Counted from the whole stretch's first letter, positions 38,116-47,431 are shown. The stretch is 61,717 nt of DNA, filler included, from 3 parts of 3 records of this genome joined end to end with filler, not necessarily neighbours in it, one strand, 5' to 3'. The notes: generated by a model from the letters alone, not told the origin. Program-made: numbers and translations.

Positions 38116-38531
38116 AATTCCTTTCCATTTAAAACAACGCTGTAGGTTATTTTCACAGAAGCTTCCAATGTTATTGAAACCGAACAGTACTTTTCAAAAC
38201 TTAAAGCTGCCGCCCGAATGGCTTTTGCTTCATCTATTTTTCCTTCCAAATGAAGTGTTACGTGAATCGCTTCAAAAGGTTTTGCGTCTCGAACTTCTTT
38301 TCTAGCACCTTCCACTTCCATTTTGTAAGAAGTAATTTCTTGGCGTTGTTTCTGTAAAATCAAAATTACATCTATCGCACTACAACCGCCAACACCCATT
38401 AGTAAAAGTTCCATCGGGCTTGCGCCTTTTGAAGCCTCGTCGGTTTTATTATCTATAAAAACTGGAACTCCAGAAGTGCCTTTCGCTTCAAATAAATACT
38501 TGTCGTTAATTCTGTTTAGTGTAACTTTCAT
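38112..38531 (-). CDS. OsmC family protein (YhfA-like)
   Basis: SPMELLLMGVGGCSAIDV ... SFEKYCSV. Confidence 0.88.
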   Translation of the reverse strand: MKVTLNRINDKYLFEAKGTSGVPVFIDNKTDEASKGASPMELLLMGVGGCSAIDVILILQKQRQEITSYKMEVEGARKEVRDAKPFEAIHVTLHLEGKIDEAKAIRAAALSFEKYCSVSITLEASVKITYSVVLNGKEL

Positions 38532-38542
38532 TGTGTATTGTT

Positions 38543-40675
38543 TTAGTTTTCTTTATCGCTAATTCTCAAAATATCACCAAAAACACCACGAGCCGTTACT
38601 GCTGCACCCGCTCCTGCACCTTGAATAACTATTGGATTATCACCGTAACTTTCGGTATAAATTTCAAAAATGGAATCGCTACCTCGAAGTGCTCCCAACA
38701 TACTATTTTTTTGAACCGATGCTAAATTAACCGTCAAAATTGCCCCTGTTTCCTTTGAAAGATCGCCGTGCAAATCTGCTACGTATCGAAAAACAGAATC
38801 TTTAGGTTGATTTTTCTTTTTAATTTGAAATGGAACATCTAGTTCTTTCAAGCGCTCCAAAAACTCGGTTTTTGAAACATTTCTTAAATCTTTTGGAATT
38901 AAATTTTGAATGGAAATATCTGAAAATTCATTGTGTAAATCCAATTCACGAGCCAAGATAAGTAATTTCCGTCCAACATCATTTCCACAAAGATCCTCGC
39001 GCGGGTCGGGCTCAGTAAAACCTTTATCTATTGCAGAATTTAGCACAGAGCTGAATGACCTATCTTCTTCCGAAAAAGTATTGAAAATATAACTCAGCGA
39101 GCCCGAAAACACACCGCGAATTCGCGTAATATTTTCCCCAGAAAGATGTAAAAGTTTAATGGTATCTATAAGTGGAAGTCCCGCACCTACATTAGTTTCA
39201 TACAAATAGTGTCGTTTTTTTGACACAAGTTTTTCTCGAAGATTTTGATAAAAACCTAAATCTAATGTATTTGCAATTTTGTTTGACGACACCAAATGAA
39301 AACCATTTTCTACAAATGTGGTATAATTCTGCACAAAGTCAGAATCGGCTGTGTTATCTACCAAAATTAGATTTTGAAGATTATTGGTTTTCGCAAAAGC
39401 AATAACATCCTGCGGATTGTATTTTTCGCCTGTTTTAGATTTTTCTTCTAACCAGTTCTCACCCAATCCATTTTGCTGAAGTAATACCGTTTTAGAATTA
39501 GCAATTGCAAAAATATTTAGCACCAAATCTCTTCTACGAGAAATTTCTTCTTTAGATGAAATTATCTGATTAACTAAATGACTTCCTACGTTTCCGTGGC
39601 CGAAAATTGCAATGTTTATTTTCTTCTTTTTTATGTTGTTTAGGTCAATTCGGTTCAAAACCGGATTATCCAATACTTGCGTGCTCATATTTTCTTTCTT
39701 TGTAGTTTTTTCTGAATTAAAAATCGGGTCCAGAATTCCCGCCAATTGTTCGTATTCTATTAAAAATGCATCGTGTCCATGAATGGAGTTTATTTCAGCA
39801 AAATGCACATTGTTTTTTATCGGCTTTAGAGCAAAATAGGTCTCTTTTATTTCTTCATTTAAATAAAATCCATCGCTATCTATTCCTACCAAATGAATGT
39901 TTCCTTCAATTTTTGAAGCCAAATTATTAAAATTAGCTTCCTTCGTTTCAATGTTTGCAGTAGTTAACAAGTGATTCATTAATTTATATGCTTGCAATTG
40001 AAAACGTTTTTCCAAAGTTGCACCGTGATAAAGCAACCAACCTTCAACATTAAACAACGCCTCGTTCTCACTACTACTTCTATTGAATTTCTGCTTAAAA
40101 GACTGCGGGGTTCTATAAAAAGTCATTGCATGTACACGGGCATCGTGAAGAGGTTTTTCAGAATTGTTTAAAATTTGTTTTTGCACTCTGCATTGTGCAA
40201 TTAACCAATCTGTAGCCTTCCAATCAGTGGCAATAGGAATTAAATTTTGAAATAAATTAGGTTTCAAAACTGCCATTTGCCAAAGAATACTTCCACCCAA
40301 AGAACCTCCAATTGCTGCAAAAACGGACGATATTTCAAGTTGCTCTAATCCATTTAAAAACCACTGGGCAATATCGTAAACCGTGACATCTTCATAATTA
40401 TCAAGTAAAAAATCATCAAAACCGTTGCCAGGAATATTGAAGGAAAGTATGGTATATTGATTAATGTCGATACACTTTTTAGCACCAATCAAATCTTTCC
40501 ACCAGCCTTTTTCCCCACAAACATTGCTGTTCCCAGTTAGTGCATGAGTTACCAAAACCACAGGAGCAGTACCCAATTTCTTCCCAAAAACTTGATACGT
40601 TAATGGCAACTTTTTAAAAAGAAATCCGCTTTGGGTTTTATAATTAACAATAGTAAGCTTTGAAATGTGCGACAT
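38543..40675 (-). CDS. Fusion of homoserine O-acyltransferase (MetX) and homoserine dehydrogenase
   Basis: N-half: HALTG, GGSLGG, D, HGHDAFL. C-half: GHGNVG, DNTA, NK, YETNVGAGLP, EPDPREDL, GAGAGAAVTA. Confidence 0.88.
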   Translation of the reverse strand: MSHISKLTIVNYKTQSGFLFKKLPLTYQVFGKKLGTAPVVLVTHALTGNSNVCGEKGWWKDLIGAKKCIDINQYTILSFNIPGNGFDDFLLDNYEDVTVYDIAQWFLNGLEQLEISSVFAAIGGSLGGSILWQMAVLKPNLFQNLIPIATDWKATDWLIAQCRVQKQILNNSEKPLHDARVHAMTFYRTPQSFKQKFNRSSSENEALFNVEGWLLYHGATLEKRFQLQAYKLMNHLLTTANIETKEANFNNLASKIEGNIHLVGIDSDGFYLNEEIKETYFALKPIKNNVHFAEINSIHGHDAFLIEYEQLAGILDPIFNSEKTTKKENMSTQVLDNPVLNRIDLNNIKKKKINIAIFGHGNVGSHLVNQIISSKEEISRRRDLVLNIFAIANSKTVLLQQNGLGENWLEEKSKTGEKYNPQDVIAFAKTNNLQNLILVDNTADSDFVQNYTTFVENGFHLVSSNKIANTLDLGFYQNLREKLVSKKRHYLYETNVGAGLPLIDTIKLLHLSGENITRIRGVFSGSLSYIFNTFSEEDRSFSSVLNSAIDKGFTEPDPREDLCGNDVGRKLLILARELDLHNEFSDISIQNLIPKDLRNVSKTEFLERLKELDVPFQIKKKNQPKDSVFRYVADLHGDLSKETGAILTVNLASVQKNSMLGALRGSDSIFEIYTESYGDNPIVIQGAGAGAAVTARGVFGDILRISDKEN

Positions 40676-40716
40676 TCGTTATGAGGTTTTTTTACTTGAT
40701 AATTAAATTAGTGGCA

Positions 40717-42012
40717 TTAAACCAATTGTTTTTTAAAAACAGTTTCGAAAGCTTGTTCCAAATCTGCAGTTAAATCCTCAAGGTTTTCCAAGCCAACAGA
40801 AAGTCGGATTAAATCTTGACTTACACCCGAAGCAACTTGATCTGCCTCACTCAATTGTTGATGCGTAGTACTTGCAGGGTGAATTATTAGTGATTTTGTA
40901 TCGCCTATATTTGCTAAAAGTGAAAATAGTTTTACGTTATCAACTACTTTTTTTGCTGTATCAAAACCTCCTTTTACGCCAAAAGTAACCAGACCACTTT
41001 GCCCTTCAGGAAGATATTTTTTTGCAAGTGTGTAATATGGACTATCTGCTAATCCAGGATAATTAACCCAAGATACTTCTTCACGGTTTTGAAGCCATTT
41101 TGCAAAACTTAGTGCATTTTCACTGTGCTTTTTAATTCGGATATCTAACGTTTCAAGACCTTGAATAATTTGAAAAGCACTAAACGGACTTAACGCAGCG
41201 CCGAAATCACGAAGCCCTTCTAGACGAACTTTAGCAATAAAAGCTGCTTCTTTTAAAGCTTCCGCATAAACCAATCCATGATATCCCGCTGAAGGCCCTG
41301 TAAACTCTGGAAATTTTCCATTAGTCCAATCAAAATTTCCAGCGTCAATAATTACACCCCCAAGCGTTGTTCCATTTCCATTTATGTATTTGGTAAGCGA
41401 ATGGATTACAATATTTGCCCCATATGCTATTGGATTCAACAAAGCAGGGGAAGCAACAGTATTATCTACAATAAGTGGAATTTTATTTTCTTTAGCTTCA
41501 GCGGCAATTGCTTCAATATCCAAAACATCTAACTTTGGGTTTCCTAGTGACTCTATGAAAACAGCGCGTGTGTTTTCTTTCAAGGCTTTTCCAAAATTTT
41601 CCGGTTCTGATGGGTCTACAAACGTGGTTGTAATGCCTAATCTTGGTAATGTTACGTTTAGCAAATTAAAAGTGCCTCCATACAAACTACTTGACGCTAC
41701 AATATGATCGCCTGCACGAAGTAACGTTAGTAATGCTGTGGAAATAGCAGATGCTCCAGATGCTGTAGTAACTGCAGCAATTCCGCCTTCAACAGCTGCC
41801 AGCCGTTGTTCCAAAATATCGCAAGTTGGATTGTTAAGTCGGGAATAAATAAACCCAGATTCAGATAAGTTGAACAGATTTGCAGCATGGTCGCTGTTTT
41901 TAAAAACGTAACTTGAAGTTTGGTAAATTGGCACCGCTCTGGTTCCTCCATTAGCGGTTACATCGTGTCCTGCATGCAACAAGTTTGTTGCGAATTTGTT
42001 TTGTGAACTCAT
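40717..42012 (-). CDS. metY: O-acetylhomoserine aminocarboxypropyltransferase
   Basis: RAVPIYQTSSY, IYSRLNNPT, HSLTKY, LANIGD.KSLIIHPASTTHQQL; start MSSQNKF. Confidence 0.92.
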   Translation of the reverse strand: MSSQNKFATNLLHAGHDVTANGGTRAVPIYQTSSYVFKNSDHAANLFNLSESGFIYSRLNNPTCDILEQRLAAVEGGIAAVTTASGASAISTALLTLLRAGDHIVASSSLYGGTFNLLNVTLPRLGITTTFVDPSEPENFGKALKENTRAVFIESLGNPKLDVLDIEAIAAEAKENKIPLIVDNTVASPALLNPIAYGANIVIHSLTKYINGNGTTLGGVIIDAGNFDWTNGKFPEFTGPSAGYHGLVYAEALKEAAFIAKVRLEGLRDFGAALSPFSAFQIIQGLETLDIRIKKHSENALSFAKWLQNREEVSWVNYPGLADSPYYTLAKKYLPEGQSGLVTFGVKGGFDTAKKVVDNVKLFSLLANIGDTKSLIIHPASTTHQQLSEADQVASGVSQDLIRLSVGLENLEDLTADLEQAFETVFKKQLV

Positions 42013-42093
42013 TTTTCTAATTTTTTTTGAGTTAATTAAAAGATTAAACCAAAAGTCAATTCCGAAATTAATTCGGAACAATAGAAAAATGTT

Positions 42094-42133
42094 AAAAAGA
42101 AAAAATGAAAAGCAATCTCAGATGAGAAATTGT
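42094..42133 (-). terminator. Probable riboswitch expression-platform terminator
   Basis: Minus strand CAATttCTCA-tc-TGAGATTG followed by CTTTTCATTTTTTCTTTTT. Confidence 0.5.
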
Positions 42134-42139
42134 CTTGTC

Positions 42140-42254
42140 GTTATCTATCGCCAATTTTGAAATTTCAAAATTGTTGTAGAATGTAGCACCTTCATTCCGA
42201 AGAAAGGGTTGCTAAGGCGTCATAGGGTCTAATCCCTCGGCCTTTCTTGATAAC
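42140..42254 (-). ncRNA. SAM-I (S-box) riboswitch
   Basis: Minus strand GTTATCAAGA..GAGGGA...CCCTATGACGCCTTAGCAACC...GGTGCTAC.TTC...AGATAAC; P1 GTTATC/GATAAC; upstream of the met operon. Confidence 0.93.
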
Positions 42255-42284
42255 ATTTCAATAAAGTTTTGAACTTTGTGAGCG

Positions 42285-42317
42285 CAAATATAGCGTCAGA
42301 AATTTTTAATAACCAAA
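42285..42317 (-). promoter_or_regulatory. Bacteroidota promoter for the met operon
   Basis: TTTG (42317-42314)-N21-TATATTTG (42292-42285). Confidence 0.75.
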
Positions 42318-42415
42318 TATTTTCCCAAAAATCTTTAAATAAAATTGCGGTTCATATAATTTTTTTACTTTTGCCAAAGACAATTAAAGAGGAAAGATTT
42401 GACTGATTGCAACCT

Positions 42416-42515
42416 NNNNNNNNNNNNNNNNNNNNNNNNNNNNNNNNNNNNNNNNNNNNTTAATTAATTAANNNNNNNNNNNNNNNNNNNNNNNNNNNNN
42501 NNNNNNNNNNNNNNN
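42416..42515. other. Artificial contig linker
   Basis: N44-TTAATTAATTAA-N44, identical to the first linker. Confidence 0.98.
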
Positions 42516-42572
42516 TAAGGCACCGGTTTTTGGTATCGGCATGCGGAGGTTCGAATCCTCCCGCCCCAGCCA
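42516..42572 (+). tRNA. tRNA-Gln(TTG), 5'-truncated by the contig edge
   Basis: Anticodon arm CCGGT-TTTTGGT-ATCGG (anticodon 42530-42532); T-arm GGAGG-TTCGAAT-CCTCC; 3' CGCCCCAGCCA. Confidence 0.93.
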
Positions 42573-42806
42573 GTTCGCACTCTCGCAAAACCCAAATCTC
42601 AGACATTTCGGCCAATTTGATACGTGCGATAAAGCGTTCGCTCGTCAGAATTTGGGCATTTTTACGTTCCCGGTCATGCAAAATTTGCATAGCTGCTCGG
42701 CGCTAAAAATCTAATTTTCACATAGCTGATATAATCCTGCAACGGATCGCGGGCATAAAGGTCCTGCGCTCAGATGGCGCCAGATTTTGTATCAGGAGCA
42801 ATGGAA

Positions 42807-43508
42807 ATGTCCCGCCCGAACTTCTTGTCCCCAATTTTTAAAACTACGGCTGCTTGTGCCGCGCTTGTAACTGCAACGGCTCTCCCCACTGTTGCAGAAG
42901 ACCTGAATAATGATGCTCAGTGGAGCCAAATGGTGCGCCAGGAGCTTGCCAGGGTTCAGAGCTATCCAAGCCGTGCCCTTGAGCAGGGTGTTGAAGGCAC
43001 CGTCAAGTTGCGTGTTGATGTAACCGCAGATGGCCGTGTGGCAGACTATTCGATCACGGAAGGCTCAGGCTTTGCGGTGCTGGATCGCGCTGTAGGCCGC
43101 ATGGCTGCAAAGCTTGACCGGTTGCCAGCACCAGCAGGCAGCACAGACGCCAGCTTTGTCGTGCCGCTCACCTTCAAGCTTGCAGATGCGCGCACCGTGA
43201 AAGCTGAAGCCAAAGACCCTGTAAGCGTGTGGCGTGATGCTGTGCGCCGCCGTGTAGCCAGCACAGTGTCCTACCCGAAAGACCTTGCCGTTGAGGGTGT
43301 TGAAGGCCGCGTGAAAGTTCGCTTGACCCTCAATGCGGACGGTTCTGTTGAACGTCAGGAAATCGCGCAATCCTCAGGCAACCAAGCGCTGGATGCTGAA
43401 GCGCTTCTTCTTGCCAACCGTATTGGCAAATTGCCAAGCCTGCCCGAAGGGCAAGAGGGCGGCGCAATAGTACTGCCGGTACACTACAAGCTTGCTGAAA
43501 ACCGCTAA
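42807..43508 (+). CDS. TonB family protein with two tandem TonB_C domains
   Basis: YPSRALEQGVEGTVKL...SGFAVLDRA and YPKDLAVEGVEGRVKV...SSGNQALDAEA; AGGAG RBS 8 nt before ATG 42807. Confidence 0.85.
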   Translation: MSRPNFLSPIFKTTAACAALVTATALPTVAEDLNNDAQWSQMVRQELARVQSYPSRALEQGVEGTVKLRVDVTADGRVADYSITEGSGFAVLDRAVGRMAAKLDRLPAPAGSTDASFVVPLTFKLADARTVKAEAKDPVSVWRDAVRRRVASTVSYPKDLAVEGVEGRVKVRLTLNADGSVERQEIAQSSGNQALDAEALLLANRIGKLPSLPEGQEGGAIVLPVHYKLAENR

Positions 43509-43542
43509 GGCGGCTTTCATTCTTTCCTCTTCCCACACTCTC

Positions 43543-43566
43543 GGGGCGGCTCTGCCGCCCCTTTTT
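43543..43566 (+). terminator. Intrinsic terminator
   Basis: GGGGCGGC-tct-GCCGCCCC-TTTTT. Confidence 0.85.
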
Positions 43567-43669
43567 CTATGAAACTGCGTAGCCCCGCGATCATGCCTTG
43601 TGGGTGCCACATCTTTCAGGCAGGCTTGCCCTCAATCTTCTCTGACTGATTCCAGCTTAAGGAGGTGAT

Positions 43670-44653
43670 GTGGCAACACGGTCAAAATCAACGCTTCATA
43701 TCAGGTGTGGGCAGGATATCGAACAGGCTCTGCAAGAGGCTGGGATGGAGGGTGACTTCCTCGATTTTTCAGACCCTTATTGCCAGGGCCCTGTCCGGGG
43801 CATTGCACACGCTGATTTTCTGGTTGAGCGCAGCGCATTTATTGCATCTGCTTACGGTATTGACCCGGCTGAGGTTACGGCACGCCAATCGCGCAGGTAT
43901 GAAGCGCTCAGGCATGCCCACGACTATGATACCATCACGCTTTGGTTTGAGCATGATCATTTTGACCAGCTGATTCTGGCCCATGTGCTGAACCATTTTG
44001 CAGATTTAAGCTCACTGCCTGAAATCGACCTTGTGTGTGTTGATGACTATCCCGTCTTACCGCGCTTTACCGGCCTTGGTCAGCTTGGCCCAAGTGACCT
44101 GAAGGCTGTGTGGGAAAAGCGCGTGCGTGTGACGCAAGACCATATTCGGCTTGGAAAAGAGGTTTGGTGTGCGCTTACCATGGCCACGCCGAACATGCTG
44201 GCAACCATCGCGCATGCCGGGACGCCAGCCGTGCCACCAATGGCTGGGGCGATTGACCGGCACCTTGACGAGCTTCCCTCCTCTCGCCATGGCCTAGGTT
44301 TAACCGAGACCTTGAGCTTGCGTATTCTGGCAGAGAAGGGCGTGATAAGCGCTGGTGCGATGTTCAGCCAGCTTATGTTGCGTTATGAGACGAGGCCGTA
44401 CCTAGGTGACCTAATGTACTGGCATGAGCTTGATCGGTTGGTGCGTGGCGGTGCGGCTGAGGTCGTCACGGCGGGTAAAACATACGCGCAGAACATGCTT
44501 CGGCTCACAGAGCTTGGAGAGCGTATCCTGACGGCTGGAGAAGATTGGCTTGATTATATGCCGGAGCCAAGGTTTGTCGGCGGCGTTGAGATTGCACCAA
44601 GCAAGCCACACTGGCGGCGGTTTCCCAAAGGCAATATCAAGCTGGTTGAATAG
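43670..44653 (+). CDS. DUF1835 domain protein
   Basis: LHIRCG.D, DPYCQGPV, LWFEHD..DQL, F.GLGQL, RHL.ELP....GL.LTE, LGDLM; AGGAGG RBS, GTG start. Confidence 0.8.
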   Translation: MATRSKSTLHIRCGQDIEQALQEAGMEGDFLDFSDPYCQGPVRGIAHADFLVERSAFIASAYGIDPAEVTARQSRRYEALRHAHDYDTITLWFEHDHFDQLILAHVLNHFADLSSLPEIDLVCVDDYPVLPRFTGLGQLGPSDLKAVWEKRVRVTQDHIRLGKEVWCALTMATPNMLATIAHAGTPAVPPMAGAIDRHLDELPSSRHGLGLTETLSLRILAEKGVISAGAMFSQLMLRYETRPYLGDLMYWHELDRLVRGGAAEVVTAGKTYAQNMLRLTELGERILTAGEDWLDYMPEPRFVGGVEIAPSKPHWRRFPKGNIKLVE

Positions 44654-44655
44654 AC

Positions 44656-45897
44656 CTAGGTGACGCGGCTTTTGGCTTTGTATTTGCTGTCCTTCCAGGT
44701 ATCAGTGCGCAGGATGTCTTCCAGAATTTCCGCCGCGCGGTACACGTCTTCAAAACCTAGGTACAGCGGTGTGAAGCCAAAACGCATATAATTGGGCGCG
44801 CGGAAATCACCAATCACACCCCGGTCGATCAACGCCTGCATGACAGCGTAGCCTTCCGCAAAGCTGAGGGACACATGGCTGCCGCGGCAGGAGTGCTTCT
44901 CAGGTGTGACAATACCTAGGTTAAAAACGGAAAGCCGCTCACGTACCAGCTCCATGAAAAGGTCTGCCAGCGCGAGGGACTTTTGCCGCACGACACGCAT
45001 ATCCACACCTTCAAACGCCTTGAGTGCGCTTTCAAGTGCAGAGGCCGCGAGCACGCTTGTGGTGCCTACCAACATACGCCGGATATCTGCTGCGGGTTCA
45101 AATTTATCGCTGAACTCAAACGGTGCTTTATGGCCGAACCAACCCGATAAGGGCTGTCGTGCGGTCTCAAGGTGTCGTTTGGCAACATAGATGAAGGCTG
45201 GCGCGCCGGGCCCACCGTTCAGATATTTATAGCCGCAGCCGACGGCAAAGTCTGCGTCAGCTTTATTGAGGTCAACCGGTACAGCCCCCACAGAATGGCT
45301 CAGGTCCCAAACCATCAACGCGCCGTTTGCATGTGCGGCTTCCGTGATATCAGCCATATCGAACATATCGGCTGTGACATAATGCACGTGTGTTAAAAGC
45401 ACCACGGCGGTCTTCTCGCTGATGGCCTCTTTGATCTCTGTACGGTCAACGGTCTTAAGCTGATACTCAGGCCCGAGAAAGTCAGCGAGGCCTTGCAGCA
45501 TATAAAGATCGGTCGGAAAATTGCCGGGTTCAGACAGTATCTCCGTACGGCCAGGGTTCATGCGACATGCAGCGGCGGCGGCCTTGAAAATATTCACCGA
45601 AGTGCTGTCTGCCATGATCACTTCGTCGGCGTTTGCGCCAATCAGCGGTGCGATTTGCGCACCAACGCGAGATGGCAGGTTGATCCAGTCTGCGGTATTC
45701 CAGCTTTTTATCAGGTCGGTGCGCCACTCTTGTTGGACAACATTGGCGAGCCGTTCAGCCACCCCTTTGGGGCTTGGCCCCAGGCTGTTGCCGTCCATAT
45801 AGATCACACCTTCCGGCAGATCAAAGCGGTCGCGTATCTCCCGAAGCGGATCGCTTGCATCCTGTTTTTGGCACCAGTCGAGTGAAGTGGGGATCAT
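44656..45897 (-). CDS. kynU: Kynureninase
   Basis: YMDGNSLG, DSTSVN, NFPTDLY, WDLSHSVG, CGYKYLNGGPG, GDFRAP. Confidence 0.95.
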   Translation of the reverse strand: MIPTSLDWCQKQDASDPLREIRDRFDLPEGVIYMDGNSLGPSPKGVAERLANVVQQEWRTDLIKSWNTADWINLPSRVGAQIAPLIGANADEVIMADSTSVNIFKAAAAACRMNPGRTEILSEPGNFPTDLYMLQGLADFLGPEYQLKTVDRTEIKEAISEKTAVVLLTHVHYVTADMFDMADITEAAHANGALMVWDLSHSVGAVPVDLNKADADFAVGCGYKYLNGGPGAPAFIYVAKRHLETARQPLSGWFGHKAPFEFSDKFEPAADIRRMLVGTTSVLAASALESALKAFEGVDMRVVRQKSLALADLFMELVRERLSVFNLGIVTPEKHSCRGSHVSLSFAEGYAVMQALIDRGVIGDFRAPNYMRFGFTPLYLGFEDVYRAAEILEDILRTDTWKDSKYKAKSRVT

Positions 45898-46535
45898 GGC
45901 AGGCTCCTCAAAATAGCGCGCACAGGGCTGCCGTCCGCACCTGAGATTTTCAGCGGCAGCGCAATCAGCTCATATTCGCCAACAGGGACGTCATCGAACA
46001 CGAGCCCTTCCAGTATGGCCATGCCTGCGGCATCAACCGCAAAATGAGCATCAAGCGTCTTGCTTTCCTGTGGGTCGAGCGATGGCACATCAAGGCCAAT
46101 GAGCTTGCAGCCGCGTGCGGCAAGAAAGCGAATGGCGTCGGCACTGATCGCGGGGAAGTCCGGATCCCAACCCTCGTGAGGAAAGGTCGGGAACAGCTTG
46201 ATCAGCACACGGTCTACCGTATCTGGCAGCTTGTTTTCCAAGTGGCGGGGTTCAACAAGCTGTCCTGAAGCGACTTCTTCTGAAAGGTCTATTAAAACAG
46301 CAGGGCCGATATAGGCGTCGAGTTCTGTTTCAGCACAGTCCAAGCCTTTGTCATCAAAATGCAGGCGGCTGTCGGCGTGGCTGCCCGTATGGGTGGACAT
46401 GCGAACCGCACTGACATTCACCGGGCACTCGCCGGGCTCAATATTCCATGTGCGCTCAAGCGTAAATTCGCTGTCACCGGGCCAGACAGGGATGCCCGGC
46501 CGTATGGTCTGGCTGATGTCATAAATGTGGCTCAC
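45894..46535 (-). CDS. kynB: Kynurenine formamidase (arylformamidase)
   Basis: DISQ, VWPGD, HTGSHAD..LH, PSLDP, ILEGL, DGSPVRA; GTG start overlaps the kynA stop. Confidence 0.92.
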   Translation of the reverse strand: MSHIYDISQTIRPGIPVWPGDSEFTLERTWNIEPGECPVNVSAVRMSTHTGSHADSRLHFDDKGLDCAETELDAYIGPAVLIDLSEEVASGQLVEPRHLENKLPDTVDRVLIKLFPTFPHEGWDPDFPAISADAIRFLAARGCKLIGLDVPSLDPQESKTLDAHFAVDAAGMAILEGLVFDDVPVGEYELIALPLKISGADGSPVRAILRSLP

Positions 46536-47392
46536 AGGCTTGTCCTCACGGTCCATAGTTCAGGGAAGAAGCGCAGGTCCAACGCCTTCACAAGGTAGGA
46601 TACACCGCCGGTGCCGCCCGTACCCTTTTTGTAGCCGATGATGCGTTCAACGGTTTTCATGTGAGCAAAACGCCAAAGGTGAAAGTGATGCTCAAGGTCC
46701 ACCAACTTTTCGGCGAGCTCATAGAGGTCCCAGTGTTTTTTTGTATCGCGGTATACTTCAAGCCATGCGCGCTCAACGCCCGCGCTGGCTTCATAGGGTT
46801 GCCGCCAATCCCGCTCCAGTCGGTCAGCAGGAATATCAAATCCGCGGCGGGAGAGCAGTTGCAGGCAGAGATCATAAAAGCTAGGAGCATTCAGCACATT
46901 TTGCAGGTGCTCGTAACGCGCCGGTACACTCTTGTGCGCTTCAGCCATACGGGCGCTTTTGTTGCCGAGACTGTATTCAATCTCGCGGTACTGGAAGCTT
47001 TGGAAACCTGAACTTTGCCCCAGGTCATCACGGAAAGCCGCATAATCCGCGGGTGTCATGGTAGACAGTATTTCCCAGGATTGTTGCAGGTTAGCTTGTA
47101 TCTTTGCCACGCGCGACAGCATCTTGAACACAGGGCCGAGATTGTTATCTTTCAGGTGTGTCATTGCGGCCCGCAGCTCATGCAGGCAGGCTTTCATCCA
47201 CAGTTCAGACGCCTGATGGATCACCACAAACAGCATTTCGTCATGTTTGTCGGATAGCGGGTTCTGGCATGCCAAGAGATTGTCCAGCTTAAGGTAGGCA
47301 CCGTAGCTGATGTCCTGCTGCCAGTGAATGTCCTCACCTGAGACATCGACCGCTGTAGCGGGGCGCGTGCCTTCATCTGATGTTTCGGTCAT
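46532..47392 (-). CDS. kynA: Tryptophan 2,3-dioxygenase
   Basis: YGAYL.L..LL, HDEMLF..IHQASELW, SSGFQS.QYR, VERIIG.K.GTGGT.GV.YL. Confidence 0.96.
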   Translation of the reverse strand: MTETSDEGTRPATAVDVSGEDIHWQQDISYGAYLKLDNLLACQNPLSDKHDEMLFVVIHQASELWMKACLHELRAAMTHLKDNNLGPVFKMLSRVAKIQANLQQSWEILSTMTPADYAAFRDDLGQSSGFQSFQYREIEYSLGNKSARMAEAHKSVPARYEHLQNVLNAPSFYDLCLQLLSRRGFDIPADRLERDWRQPYEASAGVERAWLEVYRDTKKHWDLYELAEKLVDLEHHFHLWRFAHMKTVERIIGYKKGTGGTGGVSYLVKALDLRFFPELWTVRTSL

Positions 47393-47419
47393 ATGACTAT
47401 CCTTCCAGCAGGTATTTGT

Positions 47420-47431
47420 TTTAGTACTAAA
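47420..47431 (-). promoter_or_regulatory. Palindromic candidate operator upstream of kynABU
   Basis: Perfect 12-bp palindrome TTTAGTACTAAA, 27 nt before the kynA ATG. Confidence 0.45.

Noticed and set aside
42460-42690. 76-aa ORF containing X residues
   Set aside because: It is antisense to the tRNA and runs into the linker.
42516-44653. Possible genomic island at tRNA-Gln
   Set aside because: No integrase and no duplicated tRNA 3' end seen in the segment. The imperfect inverted repeat at 42591-42656 is too weak to interpret.
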